This document shows positions 46,880-55,336 of a DNA stretch of 64,000 nt, piece after piece; position 1 is the stretch's first letter, and the number at the start of each line of letters is the position of its first letter. Both the position numbers and the translations under genes were made by a program. Source of the DNA: an uncultured virus (IMG/VR IMGVR_UViG_3300021400_004107) (Duplodnaviria > Heunggongvirae > Uroviricota > Caudoviricetes); IMG/VR virus record IMGVR_UViG_3300021400_004107; one strand, 5' to 3'. A model generated the notes under the pieces. It was not told where the DNA came from. It saw only the letters and a list, made by a program, of their open reading frames with translations, and searched no databases.

Positions 46880-46997
46880 TGGAGGGGAGCAGAGGAGTTG
46901 CACCTCATTCTACGTTATTGACCAAGTAACACACCATGCTAAACCCGTCTGTATCCTTGATAGTCTCATCAAGTCCGTTTCGGTCTTGGAACTCCCC
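46880..46997 (-). ncRNA. tRNA-like RNA with expanded interior, ends in CCA
   Basis: GGGGAGT/GCTCCCC-T-CCA acceptor, GAGG-TGCAACT-CCTC T arm. Confidence 0.6.
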
Positions 46998-46998
46998 T

Positions 46999-47074
46999 TG
47001 GTGGGCGTGATAGGTCTCGAACCTACAACCTTCCGATTAAGAGTCGGCTACTCTGCCGATTGAGTTACACACCC
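46999..47074 (-). tRNA. tRNA-Lys(CTT)
   Basis: Cloverleaf, CCA. Confidence 0.9.
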
Positions 47075-47079
47075 GTAAA

Positions 47080-47155
47080 TGGTGGGCGGTGTTGGTTTCG
47101 ATCCAACCTCCACGGGGCTTCAACCCGTTGCTTTCACCAGATTAGCTTACCGTCC
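47080..47155 (-). tRNA. tRNA-Phe(GAA)
   Basis: Cloverleaf, CCA. Confidence 0.88.
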
Positions 47156-47163
47156 ATAAGGTG

Positions 47164-47341
47164 ACGTTATTAAGTTAAGAAGTCGAGGCAAGGATTCGAA
47201 CCTTGCAGTGATATGCCGGGGCTTATCAGTGATGCAACTTACAAAGGCTGATTCAAACAGCAATACCGGCTATTATTAGGAGCATCTTATCCGCAACTCT
47301 TACACCTCGTCGAGCTACTCAACTCCTTAACTTAATGATGT
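47164..47341 (-). ncRNA. tRNA-like RNA with 24-bp terminal stem and canonical T arm
   Basis: 22 of 24 positions pair between 47164-47187 and 47318-47341; GCAAGG-TTCGAAT-CCTTGC. Confidence 0.65.
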
Positions 47342-47386
47342 TGATCCATAAGGTCCCGAATTTAAAGGCTCGGTCCCACACCTTAA

Positions 47387-47462
47387 TGGCACCCTCAGCA
47401 GGACTTGAACCTGCAACCTTTCGGTTAACAGCCGCTTGCTCTACCGATTGAGCTATAAGGGT
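47387..47462 (-). tRNA. tRNA-Asn(GTT)
   Basis: Cloverleaf, CCA; first tRNA of the array. Confidence 0.9.
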
Positions 47463-47473
47463 GTATGAAAATA

Positions 47474-47487
47474 AATTGTCAAGGTAC
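47474..47487 (-). promoter_or_regulatory. boxA-like antitermination signal
   Basis: GTACCTTGACAATT directly upstream of the first tRNA. Confidence 0.5.
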
Positions 47488-47530
47488 AAATCAAAACCGC
47501 CCGGATCTTTTTAAGGTCTGAGCGGTCTGA
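47487..47530 (-). terminator. Attenuator terminator of the tRNA-array leader
   Basis: ACCGCTCAGACCTT-AAA-AAGATCCGGGCGGT followed by TTTGATTT. Confidence 0.75.
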
Positions 47531-47576
47531 TGTGAAGATATAACGTTTGCAATGCAATGAAAACCTTAATTAGACA

Positions 47577-47720
47577 TCATAACCGCTTTGGGCGTCCATA
47601 CTCGTGCATATCATCGAGGCAGACTTCTTCAGCCGGGGTAAAGGACGCGCGTGAACTAATCGCTGTGTTCAACAGTGATACGCTCTGCCATATAGATTGT
47701 GTATTTCTTAATACAGTCAT
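47577..47720 (-). CDS. Leader peptide, 47 aa, containing all 20 amino acids (MTVLRNTQSIWQSVSLLNTAISSRASFTPAEEVCLDDMHEYGRPKRL)
   Basis: AAAGGA RBS; stop codon lies within the antiterminator strand. Confidence 0.7.
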   Translation of the reverse strand: MTVLRNTQSIWQSVSLLNTAISSRASFTPAEEVCLDDMHEYGRPKRL

Positions 47721-47779
47721 CTTGTCCTTTGTCCTTTCGTTATAATGGTTCGGTAAAGCTTTTTGACTTACCTACTATC

Positions 47780-47807
47780 AATATAGCGACCTTTTTCTAA
47801 AAGGCAA
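47780..47807 (-). promoter_or_regulatory. Promoter of the leader/tRNA array
   Basis: TTGCCT-16 nt-TATATT with the element-typical GC before the -10. Confidence 0.65.
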
Positions 47808-47976
47808 GGGGTTATCGTTACATTTTTTGAAAATTGTTGTAATTTGTGCAAATTGAGCAACCGTGTCATCAATTTGTAATATCTTATCTCACGGCATTGA
47901 TTTTTGGGCTTCCGGTCGCTATACTAATCTCAAAAGCAAGATGTTGCGAGTTGCGCAAGAGAAAGGAGGAACCTAA

Positions 47977-48321
47977 ATGGCTACGTTTCCTGAGAGGCTG
48001 AATGAAGCTTTAGAGATGAAAGGTATGAGCGCTGCTGATCTGGCACGCGAGTCGGGAGTGTCCGAGCCTAACATATCCCGGTACCGCAAGGGTGAGTTTA
48101 TGCCTAAGGATCAACAGATGACCAAGCTCGCTTCCGTTCTGGGTGTCGCCCCTGACTGGCTCTCCGGTAAGAGTACCGTCATGGAGCCTGACACTAAGTT
48201 CAGAATGGACGTTGCCCCGTCTGAGCACGATCTTATCGTCAAGATAAGAAACATGCCTGCCGCTCAAAGAAAGTTTGTCATTGATTTCATCGATTATGTG
48301 AGCTCACGCCCCGGAAGATGA
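47977..48321 (+). CDS. XRE-family HTH regulator, divergent from the tRNA array
   Basis: RL......GMS.ADLARESGVS...ISRY.KG...P; AGGAGG RBS. Confidence 0.9.
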   Translation: MATFPERLNEALEMKGMSAADLARESGVSEPNISRYRKGEFMPKDQQMTKLASVLGVAPDWLSGKSTVMEPDTKFRMDVAPSEHDLIVKIRNMPAAQRKFVIDFIDYVSSRPGR

Positions 48322-48323
48322 TA

Positions 48324-48659
48324 TCACCGCATAGACAAACACTGATCCGATTCGCTTGGATCCGAACGGAGCTCCGGTAACAATAACAGTTCTTTGATAA
48401 AGTCGTCTACTTTATCCCGGGTGTCGATAACCCTCGCGTCTCCTCCGGCTAATCGAATCTCTTTCATAGTCAGTCTTTGAAGCTCTCGTGCTTTTTCGCC
48501 GGGGGCTTTTGTTTCGACAAAAGTTGTCTTGCCCCTGAAGATCACTATCTCGTCGGGAAGACCTGCAGTGCCGGGTGACTCCCATTTCTCTATGAATCCG
48601 CCCATGCCTCTGATCTTATTTCTCAAATAATTCTCTACTGCGCCCTCAGGTTTACCCAT
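48324..48659 (-). CDS. VRR-NUC domain nuclease
   Basis: SPG.AGLPD.....G...FVETKAPG.K.R.LQ. Confidence 0.88.
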   Translation of the reverse strand: MGKPEGAVENYLRNKIRGMGGFIEKWESPGTAGLPDEIVIFRGKTTFVETKAPGEKARELQRLTMKEIRLAGGDARVIDTRDKVDDFIKELLLLPELRSDPSESDQCLSMR

Positions 48660-50388
48660 TAGAAGACCCTCCTTCGAGCGGAGGCTCTTGGGCAGGTAGG
48701 AAGAAATTGTCGTCGATCGGATCTATTGAGCCTTGTGTGTCGGAGTTCACTTCACTCGGTCCCGGTCTTACACTGCGTTCCGGCTTAGGTGATTCCGGAT
48801 GTTGAGGTGCGGACTTTGCGTTTTCATTCTCCTTATCTTCCGTCAGGGGAGCATCGTCTATCTCCCAGGGCAGGTCGACACCTGTATCGGGCTTTCTTAC
48901 CATATCAGACTCTGTATTGTCGGACTTTTTCGGACAATCTCGGACACTTTCGGATTTCTCAGCAGCCGGTTTTGGAGCAGCTAAGGAAGGATCAGCGTCT
49001 GCTACCTGCTTTTTAGCAGGACCTTTCTCAGGATTCTGGCCCTTATTATCGGGCTTGTTCGGGGTATTGCCCGGGCGCTGCTTGAGAGTGAATACCCTTA
49101 CGCGGCCGTATCCCGGAAGCGTTTTCTGGGCGCCATTGACATAGCCTAAGATCTGAAGCTCTCTTGCGATAGACCTGGCTGTCTTGAGGTCCATATTGTG
49201 ATCGGCATTGCCCATCATCTCACACCAGATCTCATTGGTGGAGATCTGCGGGGTCAGAGGATTATTGTCGTCAGGGTTCTTAAGGTACTCGACATAGTGT
49301 GCGTACTTGGATGCCTTGTCCCTGCAGTCCCAGTCAGCTGGCCTCGGCATTCTGAGGAACGTTTCGAGGTCAGAAAGGTTGTCGTCTCGGCAGACGTAGC
49401 TGCTGTTGATCTCTCTCTGCTTGCTGCCGATCTCGTCGGACAGTTCTGAATATTTAATGCCTGCCTTGTACATAGCAACCATCTCGCCCAGTATGAGTTC
49501 GACTTCCTCTTCGGTCATGTCCCAGGCAAACTTAGTCTGTCTGCTCGGATCGCATTCCATAACGATGAATCTTCTGTTGTCCTTATCAGGGAACAGGTCG
49601 CCCTTGTTGTTGGTAGTGCCGACCAGTACCATACGTCTCGGCATCTTCTTTACGTTTCTTGCGTACTTGGGCCTATAGTCATCTACCTCTGTTGAGATAA
49701 ATGCCTTCAGAGTATTTTCATCAGATTTTGAGATCTGCTTCATTTCCTGGATCTCTGCGAGCCAGATGCCCTGGTACAATCTCTCGAGCGCCTGCTCGGT
49801 ACCGAACATGGAGAAGTCCATAGTGTCGTTGAAGAATGCACCGCCGAGCTTTCTGAACAGGGTAGACTTACCCTGACCCTGCTCGCCGGAGAAGACTACG
49901 AACGTGTCGTACTTCATACCGGGGTTATAAGCTCTGCCAATAAGTCCGTAGGTGAGGATCTTGGTAACGTTTCTCGTGAAGTCAGAGTCTTCGCAACCAA
50001 GATAGTCCTGGAACATGGTCATGGCCTTTTCGGGACGGCCCTTTTCTTTCCAGAGCTTCTCTGCAGCTTCAAGTCTGTCTATGAGAGGGTCGAAGCCGTG
50101 CTTCATACACGCAACCGAAACAGACGTCGCTACCAGGTCCAGACTGACAGCTGAATGATACTGCAAAAAAGATGTCTCTATGTCGCCTCTGATGCAGGCG
50201 ATAGTGTAATCTGAGATCGGCTCACCGTTGACATATTCCTCGTTGGACCACAGATTATACGAGCAATCGTAAACATCGTCGATCAATGGAGTTATTGTGG
50301 CCGCGGTGAATACGGGAAGCTTGCCTCTTGCTGTCTTTCTGAATGCGAAATTGTCGGGTATTGCGAATGCGTTATATACTTCAGACAT
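48652..50388 (-). CDS. VapE/VirE-family ATPase (phage replication helicase)
   Basis: PG.KYD, GEQGQGKST, W..EI.E, D.YRPKY, GTTN, RRF. Confidence 0.88.
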   Translation of the reverse strand: MSEVYNAFAIPDNFAFRKTARGKLPVFTAATITPLIDDVYDCSYNLWSNEEYVNGEPISDYTIACIRGDIETSFLQYHSAVSLDLVATSVSVACMKHGFDPLIDRLEAAEKLWKEKGRPEKAMTMFQDYLGCEDSDFTRNVTKILTYGLIGRAYNPGMKYDTFVVFSGEQGQGKSTLFRKLGGAFFNDTMDFSMFGTEQALERLYQGIWLAEIQEMKQISKSDENTLKAFISTEVDDYRPKYARNVKKMPRRMVLVGTTNNKGDLFPDKDNRRFIVMECDPSRQTKFAWDMTEEEVELILGEMVAMYKAGIKYSELSDEIGSKQREINSSYVCRDDNLSDLETFLRMPRPADWDCRDKASKYAHYVEYLKNPDDNNPLTPQISTNEIWCEMMGNADHNMDLKTARSIARELQILGYVNGAQKTLPGYGRVRVFTLKQRPGNTPNKPDNKGQNPEKGPAKKQVADADPSLAAPKPAAEKSESVRDCPKKSDNTESDMVRKPDTGVDLPWEIDDAPLTEDKENENAKSAPQHPESPKPERSVRPGPSEVNSDTQGSIDPIDDNFFLPAQEPPLEGGSSNG

Positions 50389-50490
50389 ATCTAATCCTTT
50401 CTCCGAGATCCGTGTTTTTGGGGGTAAAAGTCCCACTCTCCCGGATTTCGGAAGTGAGGAGAACGGGGCATGTATAGATCGGTAAAATGC

Positions 50491-52503
50491 TTATTCTTTT
50501 AAGAAGAAATCACATTGATATCCTTCGGCTTTGAGCGGAAGCCCTTTGTACGGCTCGGCAGCGGACGCTAAGATTTTTGCTATATCATCAACACATTCAG
50601 TCGGATATTCGACAAGGACTTCGTCGTGAATGTGCATTACCACAGGGTATTCGGCTTCCTGGAGTTTTCCCAGCGCTGATACCAGAATGTCTCTGGCAAT
50701 TCCTTGCACCATATTCTCGGTGAGCTTTCCTCCGTACAGATCAGTAGAGCCTCTGGCGGATGTGTACATGATCTTATTGGTACCGGGCTCGATCCTTATA
50801 TACGGATACACCAGCTTCCTGTGTGATACCGGCAGTTCGATCTCCAGCTGAAATGCATCTGCGTACGGCATTTTGCGGCATCTGACCGAGACCTTTTCTT
50901 CAGGACATCCGGGCACTGCCCAAGTTCTTATCAAGGCTCTTGCTTTGCCGTTCGGGCCGGGAATGACATCTCGCACGAATTCTTCGATCTTGTACCAGAA
51001 GTTCTTAGTACGAGGGTTTGCGGCACGCCATGTGTCGACCATCTTTTTCTCGTCTTCCTGGCTCATGCCGAGCTGTGATCCGCCCATTCTCTCGAATGCG
51101 CCTACGCCGCCTTGGTATCCACAGGCCAGAGTTGCTACCTTGCCGACGGCACGGAGTTCAGCGTTCTCGCCGTGCTTTTCCACCTTGACCGGCTGATGTC
51201 TCAGGATAGAAAACATCTGGGACGCGGTCTCGCAATAGATATCCTTGCCCTGTGCAAAGGAGTCCAAGACCCACTGTTCGCCGGTAAGCCAGGCTGTGAC
51301 TCTCGCCTCGATGGCTGAGTAGTCGGCGTCTGAGAACGTCTTACCTTCGCAAGGTACGAATGCCGTTCTTATGAGTTCGCCTATGTCGGACAGCATCTGG
51401 TATGAGAACTGCGGGTTTCCCATATAGTATTCACGGGCCTTGGCCGGGTCGTCGAAGTGATTCTTCTTCAGATTCTGGAGCTGAACGAGTCTGCTCGTAA
51501 ACCTACCGGTACCTGCGCCGTAGAACTTGAAAAGGCCTCTTACTCGGCCGTCGGCACAGACACATTCCAGGATCTTGTCGTACTTGGTAACGGCTGACTG
51601 TGACAGGGACGACCTGAGCTGCAATATCTTCTTCTTATCTTCCGGGACATTCGGGCCGTCATAGATAGAAGGATTGGACTTCTTATCAAGAGAGCCTTCG
51701 ATGTCTAACAGGTCCTTTATTTGCTGATTCGAATTCTTATTGGCGATCGGCATCTTGCCGTGGTCTGCTGCGTATTTGTCGCACAGGGCGATAAGTGCTG
51801 CCGAGCCGGTCTCCTTGAACTCGTTAGATAGTTCGATCATCTTATGGACCATATCAAGATCGACTGCTACGCCGTGGTCATTGATGCGCTCGGATACCTG
51901 ATACTCGGTAAAGAGCTTCGGGTATAAGGACTCGTGCATCCTCATGAGCATATTCCACACGGCACGCTCCGCTTCCACGTCCTGTCTGTTATATTCCTTA
52001 TAGTCCAGCCAGTCCTGATCCATCGGGATCGTGCTCATGTCTGCATAGCGGCCGGTGCTGAACTTCTGAATGAGTGCCTTGCCCCTCTTATCCTTACGAA
52101 AGTTGAAAGGAAGATTCAATGCTTCGCCCAGTTCATCGAGAGCGCCGGGGAGGTTCAGGTAGTTAGCCAAAACAAGAGTGCAGCCCCAACCCTTGGGGTC
52201 AATGTACTTCTCATGATCTAATAAGGCTTGCGTAGGGAAGAGCCACTTTCTTGAAAAGCATACGCGCTCGAATGAGGCGTTGTGGATTATTTTGGGCTGG
52301 TTAGGATTCATGATGTCGCTCTGGAGCGTAGGCGGAATGCTTTCGCCGTGCGCCAGATCTAAAGTAACGATCGGATCGTCGCCATAAGCATATGACAAAA
52401 GCTGGATACCGAAGACCGGAGACTCGACGTATCTGTATACGCCTTGGTCTCTAAGATTTACATCTGACTGTGTCTCTATATCTATATGTAGTATCTTAGG
52501 CAC
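50491..52503 (-). CDS. polA: Phage-type family A DNA polymerase
   Basis: DIET, HNASFE exonuclease; GTGRF, QLQNL, ADYSAIEAR, GK.A.L..GY, HIHDE. Confidence 0.92.
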   Translation of the reverse strand: MPKILHIDIETQSDVNLRDQGVYRYVESPVFGIQLLSYAYGDDPIVTLDLAHGESIPPTLQSDIMNPNQPKIIHNASFERVCFSRKWLFPTQALLDHEKYIDPKGWGCTLVLANYLNLPGALDELGEALNLPFNFRKDKRGKALIQKFSTGRYADMSTIPMDQDWLDYKEYNRQDVEAERAVWNMLMRMHESLYPKLFTEYQVSERINDHGVAVDLDMVHKMIELSNEFKETGSAALIALCDKYAADHGKMPIANKNSNQQIKDLLDIEGSLDKKSNPSIYDGPNVPEDKKKILQLRSSLSQSAVTKYDKILECVCADGRVRGLFKFYGAGTGRFTSRLVQLQNLKKNHFDDPAKAREYYMGNPQFSYQMLSDIGELIRTAFVPCEGKTFSDADYSAIEARVTAWLTGEQWVLDSFAQGKDIYCETASQMFSILRHQPVKVEKHGENAELRAVGKVATLACGYQGGVGAFERMGGSQLGMSQEDEKKMVDTWRAANPRTKNFWYKIEEFVRDVIPGPNGKARALIRTWAVPGCPEEKVSVRCRKMPYADAFQLEIELPVSHRKLVYPYIRIEPGTNKIMYTSARGSTDLYGGKLTENMVQGIARDILVSALGKLQEAEYPVVMHIHDEVLVEYPTECVDDIAKILASAAEPYKGLPLKAEGYQCDFFLKE

Positions 52504-52708
52504 GAAACTCTCTCCCTTCGTTTTGTTTGTCCATATTCAATATAGCGACCGAACATTACTTTTTCAGCAAGAAATTACGAAAAAATTGCGCGGAAAATTT
52601 TGTGAAACCTGCACATACGTTTTTTGGCGGGGCGGTTTCTTCCGAGTAGGATCCTGCCGTCGGGAAATCCTCTGCCGAAAATTTCGCCGTTTTTGGTCAA
52701 AATCGCCG

Positions 52709-53119
52709 TTTTTTTCGACAACACGGTTAGACAACGTGCATAACTGTGCAGTACGTCTGTAAAGCAATTTGCACAATAAATGTATCGAGATGCGCAACTT
52801 TGCACAGTACCGTGCAATACTGTGCAGCAATACTGTGCAGGGTTGGGAACGTCCGTGGTTATTGCGTTTCAAGGCTTTCTCAAAATTTCTTGCGAAATAC
52901 TGTGCAGTATACTGTGCAGGGGCTTTAAAGCCTTTGTTTTCAAGGGTTTGTGCTATCAGCTGCACAGTATATCTCCATTTTTCTCTAAAAATTTTTCAGG
53001 AAGTGTGCACAGCTTCAGGGAATTTATAGCAACATACTGTGCATACTGTGCAGTTCCACTTCCTTACCTTGGGCAAAGCCCTACGCTGCAAGGGTTTTCG
53101 CTGCTGCACAGTATTGCTG
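52709..53119. repeat. Iteron-like region, copy B; putative origin upstream of polA
   Basis: Colinear with 15-425; same ACTGTGCA motifs. Confidence 0.7.
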
Positions 53120-53304
53120 TTCGGCCAAGTTTTGCCAACGTGTTTGCCTCGATCTTCGGATGCAGTCTGTCCGGTGATTCCTGTTTTAGCCTTTTAGAAT
53201 TCGCCTGTCACTTAAGCCGATAAGGCGTGTCTGAAACGAGAAAATTACATAACTGCTAAATTGGTTACATGAGTTGATCTTTCGCATTAAAGGAGACGAG
53301 TCTT

Positions 53305-54300
53305 ATGTCACGCAAACAAATTAACTGGTCTAAGGTGTTCCCGATACCGACTAAGGAAAAGCTTACTAATTCTATGAAGAAGTCTCTTAAGGAAACAGGT
53401 ATTGAGATCGCAATAATCTTATTCGTCGTTCTTGGTATCTGGGTCTATCGCTGGGTGGATTCTACCGGTGCGCACAGTGCCGAAGACCTCGCAACCGATC
53501 CGTCTGTAGCATCTCTTTTTGAATATCTGGACATTTCGGTAGAGACCTCTGAATCTGATCTTCCTCAAGATTCTGTTATGACAGAACCTTCTACAGGTAC
53601 TGTTCAGATCATGGCCTCGTCTGAGGCAGAGACTACTTCCGTATATGTTCCTTACACTGTGTATGATGCAGCTTTCGCTGTTGACGTTGATTCTCTTGGT
53701 GAGGATGATTATGCCGTAGCCCTTAATAACAACGAGCCCTTTTTCTTAGAAGAAGAGGGTTTTATTATTCCCGATCCGGACAATCCTTCTGCTTGTGTTT
53801 TTGAATACTATTCACCTTTGGACGAGCTTGGTCGCTGCGGTCCTGCTTTAGCTTGTTTATCCTCTGCCACGATGCCTGCAGACGGTGAAGAGCGCGGAGA
53901 CATCTCCTCTATAAAGCCTTCGGGCTGGCAGTCTGTCTCTGCTTCAGATGTTGACGGTGGCTGGCTTTATAACAGGTCGCATCTCATTGCCTGGTCCCTT
54001 GCAGGCGAGAATGCCAATGCACTCAATCTTATTACCGGCACACGTTCTTTCAACGTCGACGGCATGTATCAGGTTTGTGAGGAGCCGGTTTTGAATTACC
54101 TTCGTGATCATCCCGGTATTCACATTCTTTATCGCGTAACACCTGTCTTTAATGCCGACGAGCTGGTGCCTAGAGGAGTCGTCATAGAGGCTTGGTCTAT
54201 TGAAGACAACGGCGGTCTTTCTTTCTGTTTCTATGTCCCGAATGTTCAGTCGGGCTGGAGTATAAATTACGCTACCGGCGAGGCAGAGCCTGTCGTCTAA
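53305..54300 (+). CDS. Membrane-anchored DNA/RNA non-specific endonuclease (DNA-entry nuclease type)
   Basis: TM; YS.LDELGRC, PSGW, NRSHLIA..L.G, NLITGT, YRVTP. Confidence 0.88.
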   Translation: MSRKQINWSKVFPIPTKEKLTNSMKKSLKETGIEIAIILFVVLGIWVYRWVDSTGAHSAEDLATDPSVASLFEYLDISVETSESDLPQDSVMTEPSTGTVQIMASSEAETTSVYVPYTVYDAAFAVDVDSLGEDDYAVALNNNEPFFLEEEGFIIPDPDNPSACVFEYYSPLDELGRCGPALACLSSATMPADGEERGDISSIKPSGWQSVSASDVDGGWLYNRSHLIAWSLAGENANALNLITGTRSFNVDGMYQVCEEPVLNYLRDHPGIHILYRVTPVFNADELVPRGVVIEAWSIEDNGGLSFCFYVPNVQSGWSINYATGEAEPVV

Positions 54301-54326
54301 AGGTAGAGAAAGGATTAGGTAACGTT

Positions 54327-54563
54327 ATGTATTTGGCTTTTTATGACACCGAGGTCGATCTTACTCCCGACGAGGAGAAGAATATCTATTCCGACTATTC
54401 TAAGGTTATGCGAAGTCTCGACATGCCCATGGAGGATCAGGAGTTCGATCAGGCTTCCGTTGTCTCTCATTATCTATATTTCATTGACTCGTTCGGGAAG
54501 CCGTCTCCGGTTACGAAAGACGTGCTTAACAGAGTCAAATTAAGAAAGGCGGTATTATCATGA
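54327..54563 (+). CDS. Hypothetical protein
   Basis: Operon ORF. Confidence 0.5.
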   Translation: MYLAFYDTEVDLTPDEEKNIYSDYSKVMRSLDMPMEDQEFDQASVVSHYLYFIDSFGKPSPVTKDVLNRVKLRKAVLS

Positions 54564-55165
54564 GTTCTTTATCACCATCAAAGCTGTGTGCCGATTTCAT
54601 GACTGAATATAAGGAGATGGAGCAGGCGTTATCCGGGATGGGTCAGACTGTCTTGGACTACGAGCAGACCCTCCCGGACTCTGATAAGCACAAGATGCAG
54701 CTGTGTCGTTTGACACGCAACTACCTGGCTCACGAGCCGGCGGGCTTTGCCGTTCCCTCTGAGGCTATGATTGCTTTCGTATCGGGTATAGCGCAGAAGT
54801 TCTTAAGACAGAAAGCCAAGGTTTGTGATGTCATGACGCGTGTCACGCCTTTGTCTGATTCGGTTAAGATTCACGAGGCGGCCAGACGCATTACGGATAA
54901 ACGTCCCGTCATTCCTGTCATTGATCCTGACGGTGTGTTCATAGGTTTATTCACTAAGGACTCTGTAGTGGATGCCGTATCTCTTGACTGCTTAAAGCGT
55001 GCTTTGTCCAGGCACAAAGAGCTTCTTCAGACGTGCACGACCATGCACTGGCGTGACCCTGCATCAGAGGCTCCGATCGGTTGCGTTTGTGCCGTGGACG
55101 AGAAAGGGAAGTACAAAGGCTTGGTATTCACAGCGCCTGAGGCTGCGCCGCGTAAGACACAATAA
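54560..55165 (+). CDS. CBS-domain-containing protein
   Basis: V.DVMT, IPVID..G..IG..T..S pattern. Confidence 0.6.
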   Translation: MSSLSPSKLCADFMTEYKEMEQALSGMGQTVLDYEQTLPDSDKHKMQLCRLTRNYLAHEPAGFAVPSEAMIAFVSGIAQKFLRQKAKVCDVMTRVTPLSDSVKIHEAARRITDKRPVIPVIDPDGVFIGLFTKDSVVDAVSLDCLKRALSRHKELLQTCTTMHWRDPASEAPIGCVCAVDEKGKYKGLVFTAPEAAPRKTQ

Positions 55166-55336
55166 TAAACTCCCCGGAGGGCGGGCCCCGTTCTTCCCGT
55201 GCTACCGAGGAGCTGTTTAAGACTTGGATTAGATGTGTCTTATGTACATCTTAGCTACGTTCTGTAATTTTTTCAAGTTTTTGTTTTTGATCACATATTG
55301 CAGATAAGAAGGATCCTATAGGAGGAAAGTAAATTT

